From NCBI GenBank assembly GCA_010909165.1, contig MU008193.1, forward strand, positions 420,376 to 484,375: 64,000 nt of DNA, given 5' to 3'. The translations under genes and the position numbers were made by a program. Under the pieces are notes generated by a model. It was not told where the DNA came from. It saw only the letters and a program-made list of their open reading frames with translations, and ran no database searches. This document shows positions 1 to 11,769 of the stretch, piece by piece; position 1 is the stretch's first letter; every line of letters starts with the position of its first letter. The stretch comes from Anthoceros angustus. Its lineage: Eukaryota; Plantae; Anthocerotophyta.

Positions 1-215
1 TTAGATGTTGTAATTGCTTTTGCAATTGGGATGTTGTAGATGGACAAAGTCGTAAAGCGCGTTGTACCCACACCGAGACGCTCAAACTTAGATGTTGTAA
101 TTCCTTTTGCAATTGGGATGTTGTAAAACAGTCGTTGTAAAGCGCGTTGCCACACCGAGACGCCTCAAACTTAGATGTTGTAATTCCTTTTGCAATTGGG
201 ATGTTGTAAATGGTT
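1..215. repeat. Tandem repeat, ~85-bp unit, ~2.5 copies, rich in GTTGTAA/TTGCAATT motifs (CACTA-like subterminal region)
   Basis: TTAGATGTTGTAATT(G/C)CTTTTGCAATTGGGATGTTGTA starts at 1, 88 and 171. The motifs resemble the TGTAACA/TTGCAACA subterminal motifs at 22830-22870, 33140-33190 and 47120-47360. Confidence 0.8.
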
Positions 216-2749
216 TTGTAAATGGCACCACGTCATCACATGGTGATGTGGCAATGAGGGCCATGTCATCAAATTATGCCACGTCATCACCTGATGATGT
301 GGCAATGAAGGGCCATGTGGCAACAACATGCCATGTCATCACTTGGTGATGTGGCGGTGATGTGGCGCCACATCACCACTTTAATGACATGGCACCGAAC
401 CGCCATGTCGCAATTTTACAACGCCATGAAGCCTCGGTTTACAACGGCGTTGGCGCCTGCTTTACAACGCCACGCTGTAACACCTTGCTAAAACCGCTAA
501 AACCCTCATTTTCTTGTAGTGTTTCTGTGCATGCGTTCAGCCTTCCTTCCCCTGCAATTTTTTGCCTCCCTCTCGAGGCAACCAAGTCCTTGCCTTTGTC
601 CCTCATGGCGGTATCGTGCACTCCTGTCCGTACAAATGGAAGGCCTGAGCTTTGAAACATATGAGCCATCCATGGCGTCCATGGACGCAATTCCGAAACA
701 TGACTTGCGCGCGCGCGCCGCTTCCTGCAATCATATCCCTTGTACATTGACTTCCGGCAGCCTACCATCGGGTACAGCGTAACCAATGTGCATTGGAGGC
801 ATTTAGTGTTCGATGTACTAGCTACTGACGATTATTCGTTTCATATACGGGTTCAAGCATGCTTTGGTGCTCACTTAAGTGAGGAACGGACGAAACACTC
901 TTAATTTGTCCTCTCTATGTTCATATAAATATATGTAATTCATTTCATTCCGGATGTATCTAATTTTTACTTTTATAGCATGTGAGTTTTTGTATTTAAT
1001 ATATAAAAATATATAGATTATTAAAATATCTATTTCACATAAACAAATGTTGAGTTCACTCGACGGGTTTGTCCACGACACAAAGTTCATTTAGCCACAA
1101 TGATGAACTGCCATGGCCATGGTATGGAATTTGAATTGGATTATTTACCTAGTGGATCGGGTTGCGTCCACCGCTCAACTCATTAACAAGTCAACCTCAA
1201 AACCGCCAAGGCCGAGGAAATCGGTGGTTGGGGACTCACGCTCCAAGAAAGGTCGGTGACATGAGCGACTTGTGCACTTGTCATTTGTCCGATGTGGAGA
1301 AGGAGTAGGAACTTGTGGGTGATGACACCAAGAACTGGCGTGTTCTCCGCACGTCACACTATGTTGCAACCAAAAAAGATTCACCGATCCGCCACGGAGG
1401 AGGAGATGCCAGTTTCGGGCGTACGGATGGATGTTGATGCTAGTGCACCCGTGGATGATGAGTCACCGATCCGGTGGTTGATGCGGTATGCTAGGTTTGC
1501 TACAGGATATTGGCGTTACGCTTCGCCGACCGCGTGTAACGCCGTTCAAGCTTGCGCCGGGTGATGTCGGTGGTAACTGCAAGTATGCGGGCGTGGAGGT
1601 AATGCCATCGTGCCATTCGTGTATCGTGGGGCCTTGTTAATGGGTGCTTGTGTCGCTCTTAACTCAAGCCTTTTGGTAAAGTGCAGAGTCATGAGGGCGC
1701 GTATAGCATGCCGATGATGGTATTGTGGCATGGCCGTTCACCAGAAGCCAAGCATGGGCTGAACAGAAGGCTGAGGGAAAAGGCCCAAACAATCGACATC
1801 TGCAAACATCCGGTTGGTGCGGGTTATCGAGGAGGAAGATGAACAACAAGGGCTAGATGCTCGCGAGGAGGGAGACATGAGGGTGGTGGCTGTGCAAACG
1901 GTCATCAGTAACGTCCAAAGTGGAGATTGAGCAATGGGCGCCTGTGGGGAGTCGAGAGTGCTCTCCGTGCGAAACAACGAGTAGCTCGCCAACTTGGGCA
2001 ACATTTTTGTCCCTCACCTGTACACATCATCATGCGAAGGACATCTTGGCACTTTTGGCCACTTGCCATTGCTAAAGGAGTACCGTCAGATATTGCATGA
2101 CTACAAAGGATAGCCACCTTGCAGCCTTGATATTGAAGAATGTGAAGGATGCATGTACACGCCTAAAGGATGTGCAATTTGGAGACCACCCGAGGCCGTG
2201 AACACACTATTCAACATCATTCGGCGGAGGACATCCATGGAAGCCATCCGGTGTCCTCCCTCGGCAGATAGGAGTCGAGGAGGCCCTATATCACTAAACT
2301 CTCTCGGCAAGGGCATGAACGTGGTGAATTGTGGTCATGGTGTGGTGTAGAAGACACGGAATGACATTGTTTGTGGTATGTCAAGGAGATTGTGCGCCTG
2401 GGAGCTTGCTTCGCCCCTCATCAAACACAAAGGACACAAAACGGTTGAGAACGGCTCCAAAGACGTTTACTGCATATACCTTCCTCGATATGTCTCGTTG
2501 ATCTTTCATTCTTCCGGTTTTATCTGCGTAGTTGTGGTGGACATGTTGTTTGTGATGTGGTGATTGGTGACAGTCCGGCTATTGGTGATGTTTGAGTGAT
2601 GTCTCGCGTAGCTGGATCGTTATTGTTTTCCTCCGCTCAAAGTTTTTATGAGAATTCGTTGTTCGATGTTTGCTTTCATGTCCGTGAGGCATTCAAGGAA
2701 GATTTAATGCATGCTTGGTGCAAACGCCGCTGATGGTCTCACACAAGGG

Positions 2750-3330
2750 TGATGTACATGGTGGTTGCTATTTATATGATGTACCGACATTGATGTGCCA
2801 TTGTGGATGTCTGGTGCCATTGACTTATTGTGGTCTTCCCATGTGCTCACCACCGCTCGGATGGCCACTGCTCGAGACCACAAGATTGGTCTCAGGGCCT
2901 CTTGCCACATTGTGTCACCCATGGTGACCACAAGTAGTGCGGTCACATGGTTGGTGGACTCATTGGCCACAATTGTGGCCCGGCGACGCCACGGGCAACC
3001 TGGTGACCACAAGTTCCCATTCCTTATGGTCACATGGTTGTTTGACTGGGCACATGGTTGCTTGACCGTGGTCACAAGGTTGCTTCACCGGTGGTCACAT
3101 GGTTGCTTGACTTGGTGGTCACATGGTCGCTTCACTCGGTTGCACATGTGTGGCCGAGTTGTCACCCTCACGTCCCTTTGTCCATGCCAAGGATGATTTA
3201 GATTGAGCAACCTCTTTTGGATGAGCATGTGGCTTCCCGGTCATGTACACTTGGTCACGTTCTTTGCCACGGGCCTTTGCCAAGTTTTTGGGTCATCCGT
3301 AACTTGGGCATGTGTCCACTTGTCTTGCCT
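2750..3330. repeat. Short-motif repeat region (GGTCACATGGTTG / GTGACC in both orientations)
   Basis: More than 10 GGTCAC/GTGACC cores, e.g. GGTCACATGGTTG at ~2942, ~3028 and ~3093. Probably lies in an intron or internal non-coding part of the transposon. Confidence 0.7.
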
Positions 3331-3524
3331 TTTGGTACCTTAAGCTTGTTGGCTCGGACACATAGGGTTGTGTATACATTCACCATTCATCTGATTCACG
3401 ATGCTGTGCGACGGAATTCTACCTTCGCTCATCATGAACACCACGATATTCAAGTAGGCCGACATTCGAGAAATTGAAGCCCTTCTATGTGAAGAGCCTA
3501 CAAGAGCGCAATCTATGCTTGTAG

Positions 3525-5140
3525 GTACCATGTTGAGATGGCATTCCTAAAGGATGCTTTCAATGGCCTTAGGGAACGGTTTCTGTGGTTCACCCCGTGG
3601 CCACCGTGAATGCTCTTGCCTTGTTTGTAATCCTCCTTTAGGGTCATCGGATCTTGCATGTAATCGCTTCCTCCGCTTGCCGTCTGAGGGTGCTTTGTGA
3701 GCGTGTCCTTTGTGCAAAGGAACCAGATGTCGATTGGCATGCTCTTGCATGCTTGCAAGGAACTTGTTCGGTGGTGTTAGTACACTTGCCTTTTGTCCAT
3801 CGGAGGTAGATGCAACTATCCAACCCGACTGTTCTCAAGTGGCGATGTTTTCGCACCAAGTTGTTGGCAAAGATTCAGATGGCCATGATAAAAATCGCAT
3901 CAAGTTAGTCTTCATGGAAACACACCCATCAGAGTTTGTGGAGCACCTGAAGATCAAGCTGAAGGAGTTTGTGCTCCATGATTTTGTTCAGCGCTGGCAA
4001 GGGATAGAGTTCAGACAGTGCCTAGAATGGTTTACCCAAGATGTTGTAGTATCTGTGATGGACTTTTCGCAGAACTATGCTTTTGGCGTGCAGAACGAAA
4101 TCCAATCTATGCACTGGCAAAACGACCAGGTATCCATTCTGGTTCTCGTGTTTTACAGGCGCAATGGCCCTCTTGATGCAGAAGACCCTTCATCAACCAT
4201 AGAGAAGTATTACCATTTTTATATTAGTGACGATATGGTTCATGACACTCTTTTGTGCAACATTGTTTGCATCAATGGCCGGATGCAGATTCGGATTCCC
4301 ACTACCTCGGAACAGTGGGCCGACAAGCCAATTCAACATGTCGCACAACTGCTACTTCATTGCTCGGTATCCAAGCCTCACGAGGGTGTGTAACATGCTT
4401 TGGTCATATTTTGGTAGTGGGCACGTAAGGAGAACATGACTTGTGGTGCAATCCTGAAGCGAGCTCTTCGTGCAGCCGAGTCCTCTCCAACAGCTGGTTG
4501 GCTGCAGAATGCTCAAGATGTGGTGGAGTACCTTTGCAACAACATCTCAGGTGGCGCATCAACCTCCTATGCATCTGGAGAACATGGCGTGCATAGGAGT
4601 TTTTGGCTGATAGGGAAAAATGAGGTGAACAGGAGGAACAAGCATGCATGTGACCCCATTCCAGGCTCAAAGTTGATGCATAGCCTGTATGGTTGCAATG
4701 TGGATGACCCTACGCAGTTGAGGATGCGAGCTTGGCATGCTTTTGTCGAGTGCCTTGAGAGCAACCATGCCGATTGTCCCACGGTCCCTCACCGGATATT
4801 GGAAGCGTTACGATCGGACCTCATGCATACAGGTTGCTAATTATTGCATGCACCAACCAGCAGCAATGGTGGAGGGTCTCACGCATTGGCCGATCGTGAA
4901 GATGAGGATGTTGTTGACGTGTCTCACGGCTGATATATTGGAAGTTGGCGACAATTTCCTTGTGTTTGCAGACCGCAAGGCGAAGGCGGGACTTCTACCT
5001 CCGCTGCGGAAGCAAAGCACAAGGTGAGAGTGTCCACACCGCCTACATACAAACTACCAACTGGGAGGAGGTGGTGGTTGGTCATTACTACCATGTAAGG
5101 ACGTGGCGGGTTTGTCTACTTGCCCTTGGATCTCCATGAT
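3525..5140 (+). pseudogene. Decayed DDE DNA transposase, Sola2-like
   Basis: ORF 3710-4393 has VVVSVMDFSQNYAFGVQNEIQSMHWQNDQVSILV and HFYISDDMVHD. After frameshifts come SQF..YFIARYPSLT..MLWSYFGSGH (4227-4439) and GAILKRALR (4436-4840). DF(A/S)xNY..Q.E.QS.HW and W.YFG.GHGKG..DG.GA.LK are motifs I associate with Sola2-type transposases. Confidence 0.75.
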
Positions 5141-5689
5141 TGCATCTTACCGAATTTGTCCAAGCATGCAAGTTTGACATGGCACCACCGAGAAGAAGCT
5201 GGAATCGACACACCTCAAGCACAACTTGTTGTGACTACACAGTGGAAGAGAGCTCGTGATTCAGTATCAACCCTTAGTGTTTTGGACGAATCATACATTC
5301 CACCGGGTCCTTTGTACTTCTCATCTACCACATGCTAATTTAATGCAGTACACATGATGTCTTCGGCAAATGGATTCCGGTGAGCACTAGGCATTCCCAC
5401 ACACGGACAGAAAAGACAATTCATTGATCACGCTTTCCCCGATGTGCGGGTCATTACTAAGTCTTGACATCTAATGATACGGCCAAGTCATACCCTTCCT
5501 GTGGCCCTTTGCACACGCTGCCCGTAACTCGTGACAACATAAGGCTGGCCACCCACCTCTATCACCTTTTCATTCCCGCACCCGGCCTCCGCCTCGCCTC
5601 GCCTGACATGGAGGCGCCGACACTAGCATTCCTTGTTCTTGAGGCCCTGTGGTGCTTGAGGGTGGTTTGCATAATGGTATGGAGGTGGA

Positions 5690-5990
5690 GGCCCACCGAG
5701 CGCCAGCTTGGCCATTTTTGAATCCCCTTTTGAAGCGTCTGCAAGTTCTTGCGCATGGAACGTGCTCGCACGGGCGGTATCGGCTTGGGATGCACAAGCT
5801 CGGATGGCGCCATACCGTAACCGGGCAGCGACTTCATCCATACCATGCCAAGGAGATCCGAATGCACTCAACGGCCACCGTGTTTGAACACCTGTGGACG
5901 ACTCTGACGGAGAAGGTGGCTCACATCGATCGAGGCAACGCCTATTGAAGATGGAGCCCTTCATTGGCACAAATGTACACAAATCGAATG
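5690..5990 (+). pseudogene. Possible OTU/vertnin-like cysteine protease remnant downstream of the transposase
   Basis: 5753-5785 reads HGTCS-RAVSAW with a 1-nt shift, similar to the OTU motif DGNCL.RAVS. Weak, motif-only support. Confidence 0.3.
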
Positions 5991-6164
5991 ATGTTTGATG
6001 ATTAGGAGGAGGTGCGCCCTCACTTGTGCACTTACCAAATGTTCCATTCTCTTAGGGGCATCATGTGTGCAATCAGTAATCAATTCACCGTAGGAAATGG
6101 ATTCAAGGTTTGACTCCTAGCTTGGCGCCATGGCACCGTGGCCTCCGCCATTTCGACAATTCGC

Positions 6165-6300
6165 TAGAGGTGTCTCCATAGACCCAATGGCGCAAGCCCG
6201 GATGCTTTGGGTTTGGGGTGTCTCCATAGACGACGCAAGCCCGGCCGCTTTGGCTTTGAGGTGTCTACATAGACACGACGCACCGCTCCCGGACGATTTG
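6165..6300. repeat. ~46-bp tandem repeat x3
   Basis: GGTGTCT(C/A)CATAGAC...GCAAGCCCGG..GCTTTGG recurs at ~6169, ~6217 and ~6260. Confidence 0.75.
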
Positions 6301-6699
6301 GCATAAGCGCCTTGTGTCGTGAACGCCATACCCACCCATTTTGGTGTTCTCGCCCGCCTATGTCGCCCATATAAAGGAGTGTGATAAGACAAAATAAAAT
6401 CTCTACAAACACATCGGCATGCACATGTGCAGCATGCCTTTGCAATCTTATATGTCAATGATCACTTACACAAAGTCGAACTTAACTGTGTCCACGCATG
6501 CAACAAGCCACCATCCAAGATATTGGAGAGCTTGTCTGGTAGCAAGTCTCCTCCACAATAGGTCCCGCCAAGGAGCCAAACACATAGCAACTCGCAATGA
6601 GCAAGGCATTGAACAAAGAAAGCACCCCACCAAAGAAAGACATGGAGGTCCACCGCAGAAGTGCACAAGACATAGAAAATGAAAGAGGCTCACCAATGT

Positions 6700-7400
6700 T
6701 CTAATTCACCTAGCATCCCGGCCACCGCCTGTGTACTTCAAAGCCAATATAGCATCGAGTTCTTGGGCTCCTTCACACGGCGGCCACGGATCCAACGGAT
6801 TTTGCACGCCACACCATGTCACGTTGCATCATTGTTGGGACACCACGATCACCACTGCCTAGCAATTGGTACATGCTCTCCGTGCATCACTTCATAGTAC
6901 ATGCCCTCACAACTATGTCCCCCATGTCAAACTTCACATCCCCAAGCGAGTCAACATAATCCGCTTGTAACACTTCAGTCCGACAAGGCTTTCAACAAAT
7001 AGAATGAGACACGCCTGCATTGCCATGTGGAGTACCATGAAAGTGTCTCCAAGACCTAAATTGTAGCTCCATCCGCGACATCATCCGGACGTTCAAACGC
7101 TCCACCGCTCGAATCTTCCTGGCCGCCTTGTCCTCGTGACTTGCCACCTTTCCGCTTGAGGCCCCGCCTCGCCTCCGCTTTCCCTTTGCTTTCCGCCTAG
7201 TTTGCCGCTGCTCCTCCGCCTCACCCAACTCCCTCGAGGCTGCTCGCACGATGACTGAGTTGATCCGTGGCCTGGCCGCAGTGACCCCGAGGTGTTCGTA
7301 TGACCACTTCACACTCAACCGCTGTGGCCATTTCATCCGTGCTAGGGGCCACTTCATCATGTGTGGCTGTTCACCAAAGAATCGCCATTCCGGATAGCTG
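6700..7400 (-). pseudogene. Transposon accessory ORF remnant (unknown)
   Basis: Protein-like minus-strand frames: QRLSVKWSYEHLGVTAARPRINSVIVRAA (ORF 6992-7360) and EVLQADYVDSLGDVKFDMGDIVV (~6980-6910). Interrupted by stops and frameshifts. Confidence 0.4.
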
Positions 7401-7789
7401 ACAAACCCTCATCCATGCACCGAGGGCCATTGGGTGCACCACATTGTCCTCCGTGACATTCGTCGTGAGGGCCTTGCACATCCATCGCGAGGGTCGCAAC
7501 AACATGTACAATAGCCACTGCTCACTTTGCAATGGCACTTCGCACTAGGACCCTCCATTACAGCCTTTAGGATTCGGACTTTCTACCACGGAGTTCCCAC
7601 CGCGACTGTGACTTGGGGCACACTGCCCCTTCGCGCCTTCGAGTTGAATGGCCTTAACCACTCCTCTAAAGGAGGAAGCCTTGGGCAACTCACCCACCTC
7701 CTCCAGTGCCAATTAACAAAGATGTTGGTGCTCCATCTGCACAGCCTTCCACCGGTTCTGCTACGGGGTCAAAGCAAAGTACCGGGTCA

Positions 7790-8990
7790 CACTATTGCGC
7801 AGCGGACATCATCTTGACTACAATTGGCCCTCTGCTTCTTGGCACAACCAGTCCGGCTTTGAAGCACATAATTGCATCACCAGAAGGTTGCACCGGTATG
7901 GAGGCGAAGTGATGGCCGCATTGTCCGAGGTGGGGTTTTAAACATGAGTGTCCCCAAGAGTGGGAACAATGGAGACATTGGGGAAGGCGACTATACGTAC
8001 CTAGGAGAAACCACAACAATTGTGGCATGTGATGCGTGGTACGAACTTGAGCATAAAACACAACTTTTGGCGCACTCAGAGAGTCTTGGAGAAGTTTTAG
8101 CTGCCTGGGAAGATGGCTCAATTCCAGCACCCACATACCCTATACCATCTTTCAAACGGTCTTCCAATTGCTTGAAGTCATTCAGAGCTTGATGGTACTG
8201 TCCACTCTAGCTCCCGGGTCTAGCCGCGGTTCCAATTTAACGTGCACTCGTAAAGGCCACCCTTTGGCTTTCAGCCATTGTGGAGGAACTTACCTACTAC
8301 TCTAGGCGTATGACATGGAGTGGAATGCAAAAAGACAGCATCATGGAAGCTATGCCCACATGGGAGGAAAACAAAATCGTTGCATGCAAACCACCGCGGA
8401 TACACAAGACATTTACATGGTACATCTTAGAACAACAACAAGAACATCAAGGTTTCACAGTGCGAGCACTAACCTCCCACACATGTAACAAAGGGTTATT
8501 TGAAGAGGCCCATTTGGCCATCGCGAAGGAGCAGAACCCATTGTGGCACAGCCGCTTCTTCAACGACAGTTATACAATCGGCAAAGGTTTCCATGGTACT
8601 CATGGACTACACTACACCTTTGATCTAGCACCTCATGCTTTTTTCGGAGGGCTAGAAGGGCACTTTCGGTTACCACTTGCGCTTGCTCTTTCACACGAGC
8701 AAGAGATCCTCGGCCCGTACTCAAATCGCCCAAAGACGTTAATAAGTAGTGGTCAATCAGACATTGTTGGGCAAGAGGTGATCTCCGCACAATTACAAAC
8801 CGTGGTCGAGATGACGCCTGACACGAGCAATCACAAAGTCGAAACAGCCAACCGAGTCATTCAACTTATTTTGCTCGCAAACGCCTTTGCAGACAATGCC
8901 TCCTCTTCTCGGGCTTGTGCAAGGAGCAATGCAAGCTCCCCTTCACTTTTGTGGCCACGTCGCTTGCCAAGCATGGTCCGGAAATAAGGA
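7790..8990 (-). pseudogene. Coiled-coil + RING-H2 gene remnant with intron
   Basis: Coiled-coil stretch (ORF 8560-8790, ...ESALLALRKKHEVLDQR...), then GPLQITPCYMCGR, an intron at 8473-8395 (GT donor, acceptor decayed to CG), then WFACNDFVFLPCGHSFH. Matches the gene at 55.6 kb. Confidence 0.65.
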
Positions 8991-9269
8991 ACCCATTAGA
9001 ATGTACAAATTGTTCACCAAGTTCAACCGGATCAATGTCCACATGGTAAAGTGATCACCACGTCATCGTGACCAACCGGGTCAACGAACCAAACGATCGT
9101 CCGATATGGGTAATTGGTGGCCTAGTGACCAAGAAAAGGGAGGTGTGCAAGTAGCACAACTCCGCCATTGTGGATATATTTTCACACATGGACGATGGGG
9201 CAACCGCCACAAGTGAGACTCATGAAGAAACATTGAACACAAAACACACAAGTGCGTACATGAACACAC

Positions 9270-11580
9270 AAAAGCGATATGACTAATGGTCCTCTAATAC
9301 AAGGGTACCAAACGACTTAGACCTAGGCATGGACAACAACCGTGACTGTGCACCCTTCAATGCCTCGGGTCACCAAGGAGAACTAACTCGACGGATCCGC
9401 TTACCACGCCTTCGTGGCAAAAAACCAAGGATGGAAACTTGGAGCAGATGAAAAACGGCTTCGGAGGCATCGCAAGATCCCATCTATTGAAAACCAAAAC
9501 CAATAGCATCCGTGTTTCACAACATATGTAGAGCCAGTATATACCAAAACTCTTAAGTGACCGAACCCTTCACCGCCTACCTCCAAAGAACCTTCTAGAA
9601 GAACAGATGGCAACAGCACGAGTACACCATAACAAAGATCCACGGTACAACCAAAGATCAAGACTTAGACCTTAGCACCATCATACAAGATGAGCGAGTT
9701 GCACCCGCACCAACCACTAACACCCCACCGATTTATGCAGCCGCGAGATGAAGTGGGATAAGAGCTCGAGGAAATCGATCCAAGCAACGTTAGACAACTA
9801 GCACCCCTTGCAGCCACCACCTATGCTTAAATTCGGTAGCCACACATGGGCATACGCATGCACCAAGCCCTTACAGATCCGACCGTAGAACTGGAAGATG
9901 ACGACGATCAGAAAACGCCGGAATGCTTAGCGCACAGATCCGTTGTTACCAAAGAACCGCAACAACCCATATCACCAAGACCCATACATCCAGGAAATCG
10001 ACCGATGCCCGCAGAAATCTATTCAACCTCCTCATCCACCACTAGGTTAGCACCAAATCACGAATTAGCTTAAATCCAACATCCACGGTGCGAAGATTAC
10101 CACGCACCACCAACACCACAGATAACAAGCTAGAACGCTAGAATAAACAGCAGGACATCATGGAAAGAGGTGAGCCCCGTCAAGATGGGGCACAAGAGCA
10201 ACGAAAACAACGGCCCGGCCCCGCCAAGTAATCACACACTGAAACCATGCCGGCCTGGAGAGAGCGCAAAAGAAGCGCAGATCACCAAGCCCTCATACCA
10301 CGAATGATTAGAACACTAGAATAAGAAGGTGGGCATCAGCCTCAAAATAGGAAAGCACTGTCCCAGATGGGCGGCATAAGAGGAACCAAAACAGCAGGCC
10401 ACGGCCCCAGCCAAGCACACGAAATCACACCGTTCGGCGAACACAAGTTGGCCTCTAGCGGGAGAGCAGTGCGCAAAAAGAAGCGCTCACCAGCACCCAC
10501 ATTACAAGCAACCCATACCACCAGCACCCATACATCAGCAGGAAATCACTAGCACCCCCATCCTTCAGCCAATATATCCAGCATCCTGCATCCACAACTA
10601 GGTTAGCACCACCGCCAGTGCCCCAACATCAGAACGTCCACCCATGTCGAGTCCCGATACCCGCCCATGTTGTAAAGTGGCAACACCTCACGCAGTGAAG
10701 ACGAACCTTTGCCGAGATGTCTCTAAAGTCTTCCGCCGCAGCTTTGCTCATTGGAATGTAAGCTCGCCGGCCACCAAATGCGGCCTCCACTCGCCGACTC
10801 CTGCTCCACCTCGTGATCACTGGAATAGAAGAGGCTTTAGAAGCCTTAGGAGGTGAGACAATGGAGGAAGCGAACGGCCCGGCCTGTGACCTCGCCACAG
10901 GCTGTGAGCGGCCCTATGGAGAGAGCCGCAATCGCTCCTCCTTGTCCTCCTCGACGCCATTTCTTCAACTTCCACTCTTCTCAATCCATCTTTCTCCATC
11001 CAGTGTTCTTCCCCGCCTCCTTTGCCTCCTTCGCCTCCTTCTTCGCCTCGTCTTCAAAGGAAGGCTGCCCAGCTCACATTTGCAGTTCTTCTCTACCAAA
11101 AGTCCCAAGGCCATGGACTGGGCACCACCTGTGAGTTGCACCTACTTGGGCTTTCCATAGATGTGGTATACTAGATCGTCTACGTGCCTCCACTCCTGAG
11201 CTGAGAGTGTGTCTGTGCCTTGCCATACAAAGCCTATGTTCTCGTTTCGTACCTTGCCAAAGGCATCAGACAACACGTCCGGCCCTCCCAATCTCTCCTT
11301 CAAACCCATCAAAAACTTGTCGTTTCGAACGTCCAAGCCTTTCTCGCGGAGCTTCCCATCACCATCGTGCCAATTCCATACCTTTGCCCAAGGTAGGAGT
11401 ATCTCGATCGATGCGGGCAGCCCGATCTTGCATGCCTTGGCCCGCCCAAATTGCGAGCTTCCTTAAACGATGAGTGCTCCCTAGGAGCCATGGCAAGAAG
11501 CAGGCGGCTCAAGCGGACGGGCGAGGAGGAGGAGGAGGAAGGAGAAGCGAGGATCGGAGGAAGGGAGAGGTGGGACGATC
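9270..11580 (-). mobile_element. Retrotransposon-like fragment with accessory ORF remnant (~11490-10600)
   Basis: Minus-strand frames: KGLDVRNDKFLMGLKERLGGPDVLSDAFG...LVYHIYGKPK, ALGLLVEK and ANVSWAAFL, followed by a K/E-rich stretch. 9270-10600 is non-coding with internal repeats (ACTAGGTTAGCACC at ~10041 and ~10597). No RT or integrase seen. Confidence 0.4.
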
Positions 11581-11769
11581 AATGTCCGAAACGGGCATTT
11601 GTCAACGGTAAAGTGATTTAGACTTACCTAAAGTTAAGTTTTATGGTTAAAGTAAAAAGTAGAAAGTTAAAGTAGAGCATACTAATAATAATAATAAATA
11701 TATATACTATAAGGTAAGTATGATAAATATATAAAAGTAATTGGTTCAAAATTCATATTCACACCATTC

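Noticed and set aside
870-905. TTAA-flanked Sola-type terminus
   Set aside because: The inverted match is too short and imperfect, and no partner end was found.
8200-8900. Gypsy integrase reading on the minus strand
   Set aside because: No SMDF/SDRD/QTDGQ motifs; the Cys/His cluster fits RING-H2 instead.
8280-8987. 235-aa plus-strand ORF
   Set aside because: Likely the antisense shadow of the minus-strand coiled-coil/RING gene, which has recognisable motifs and a conserved intron.
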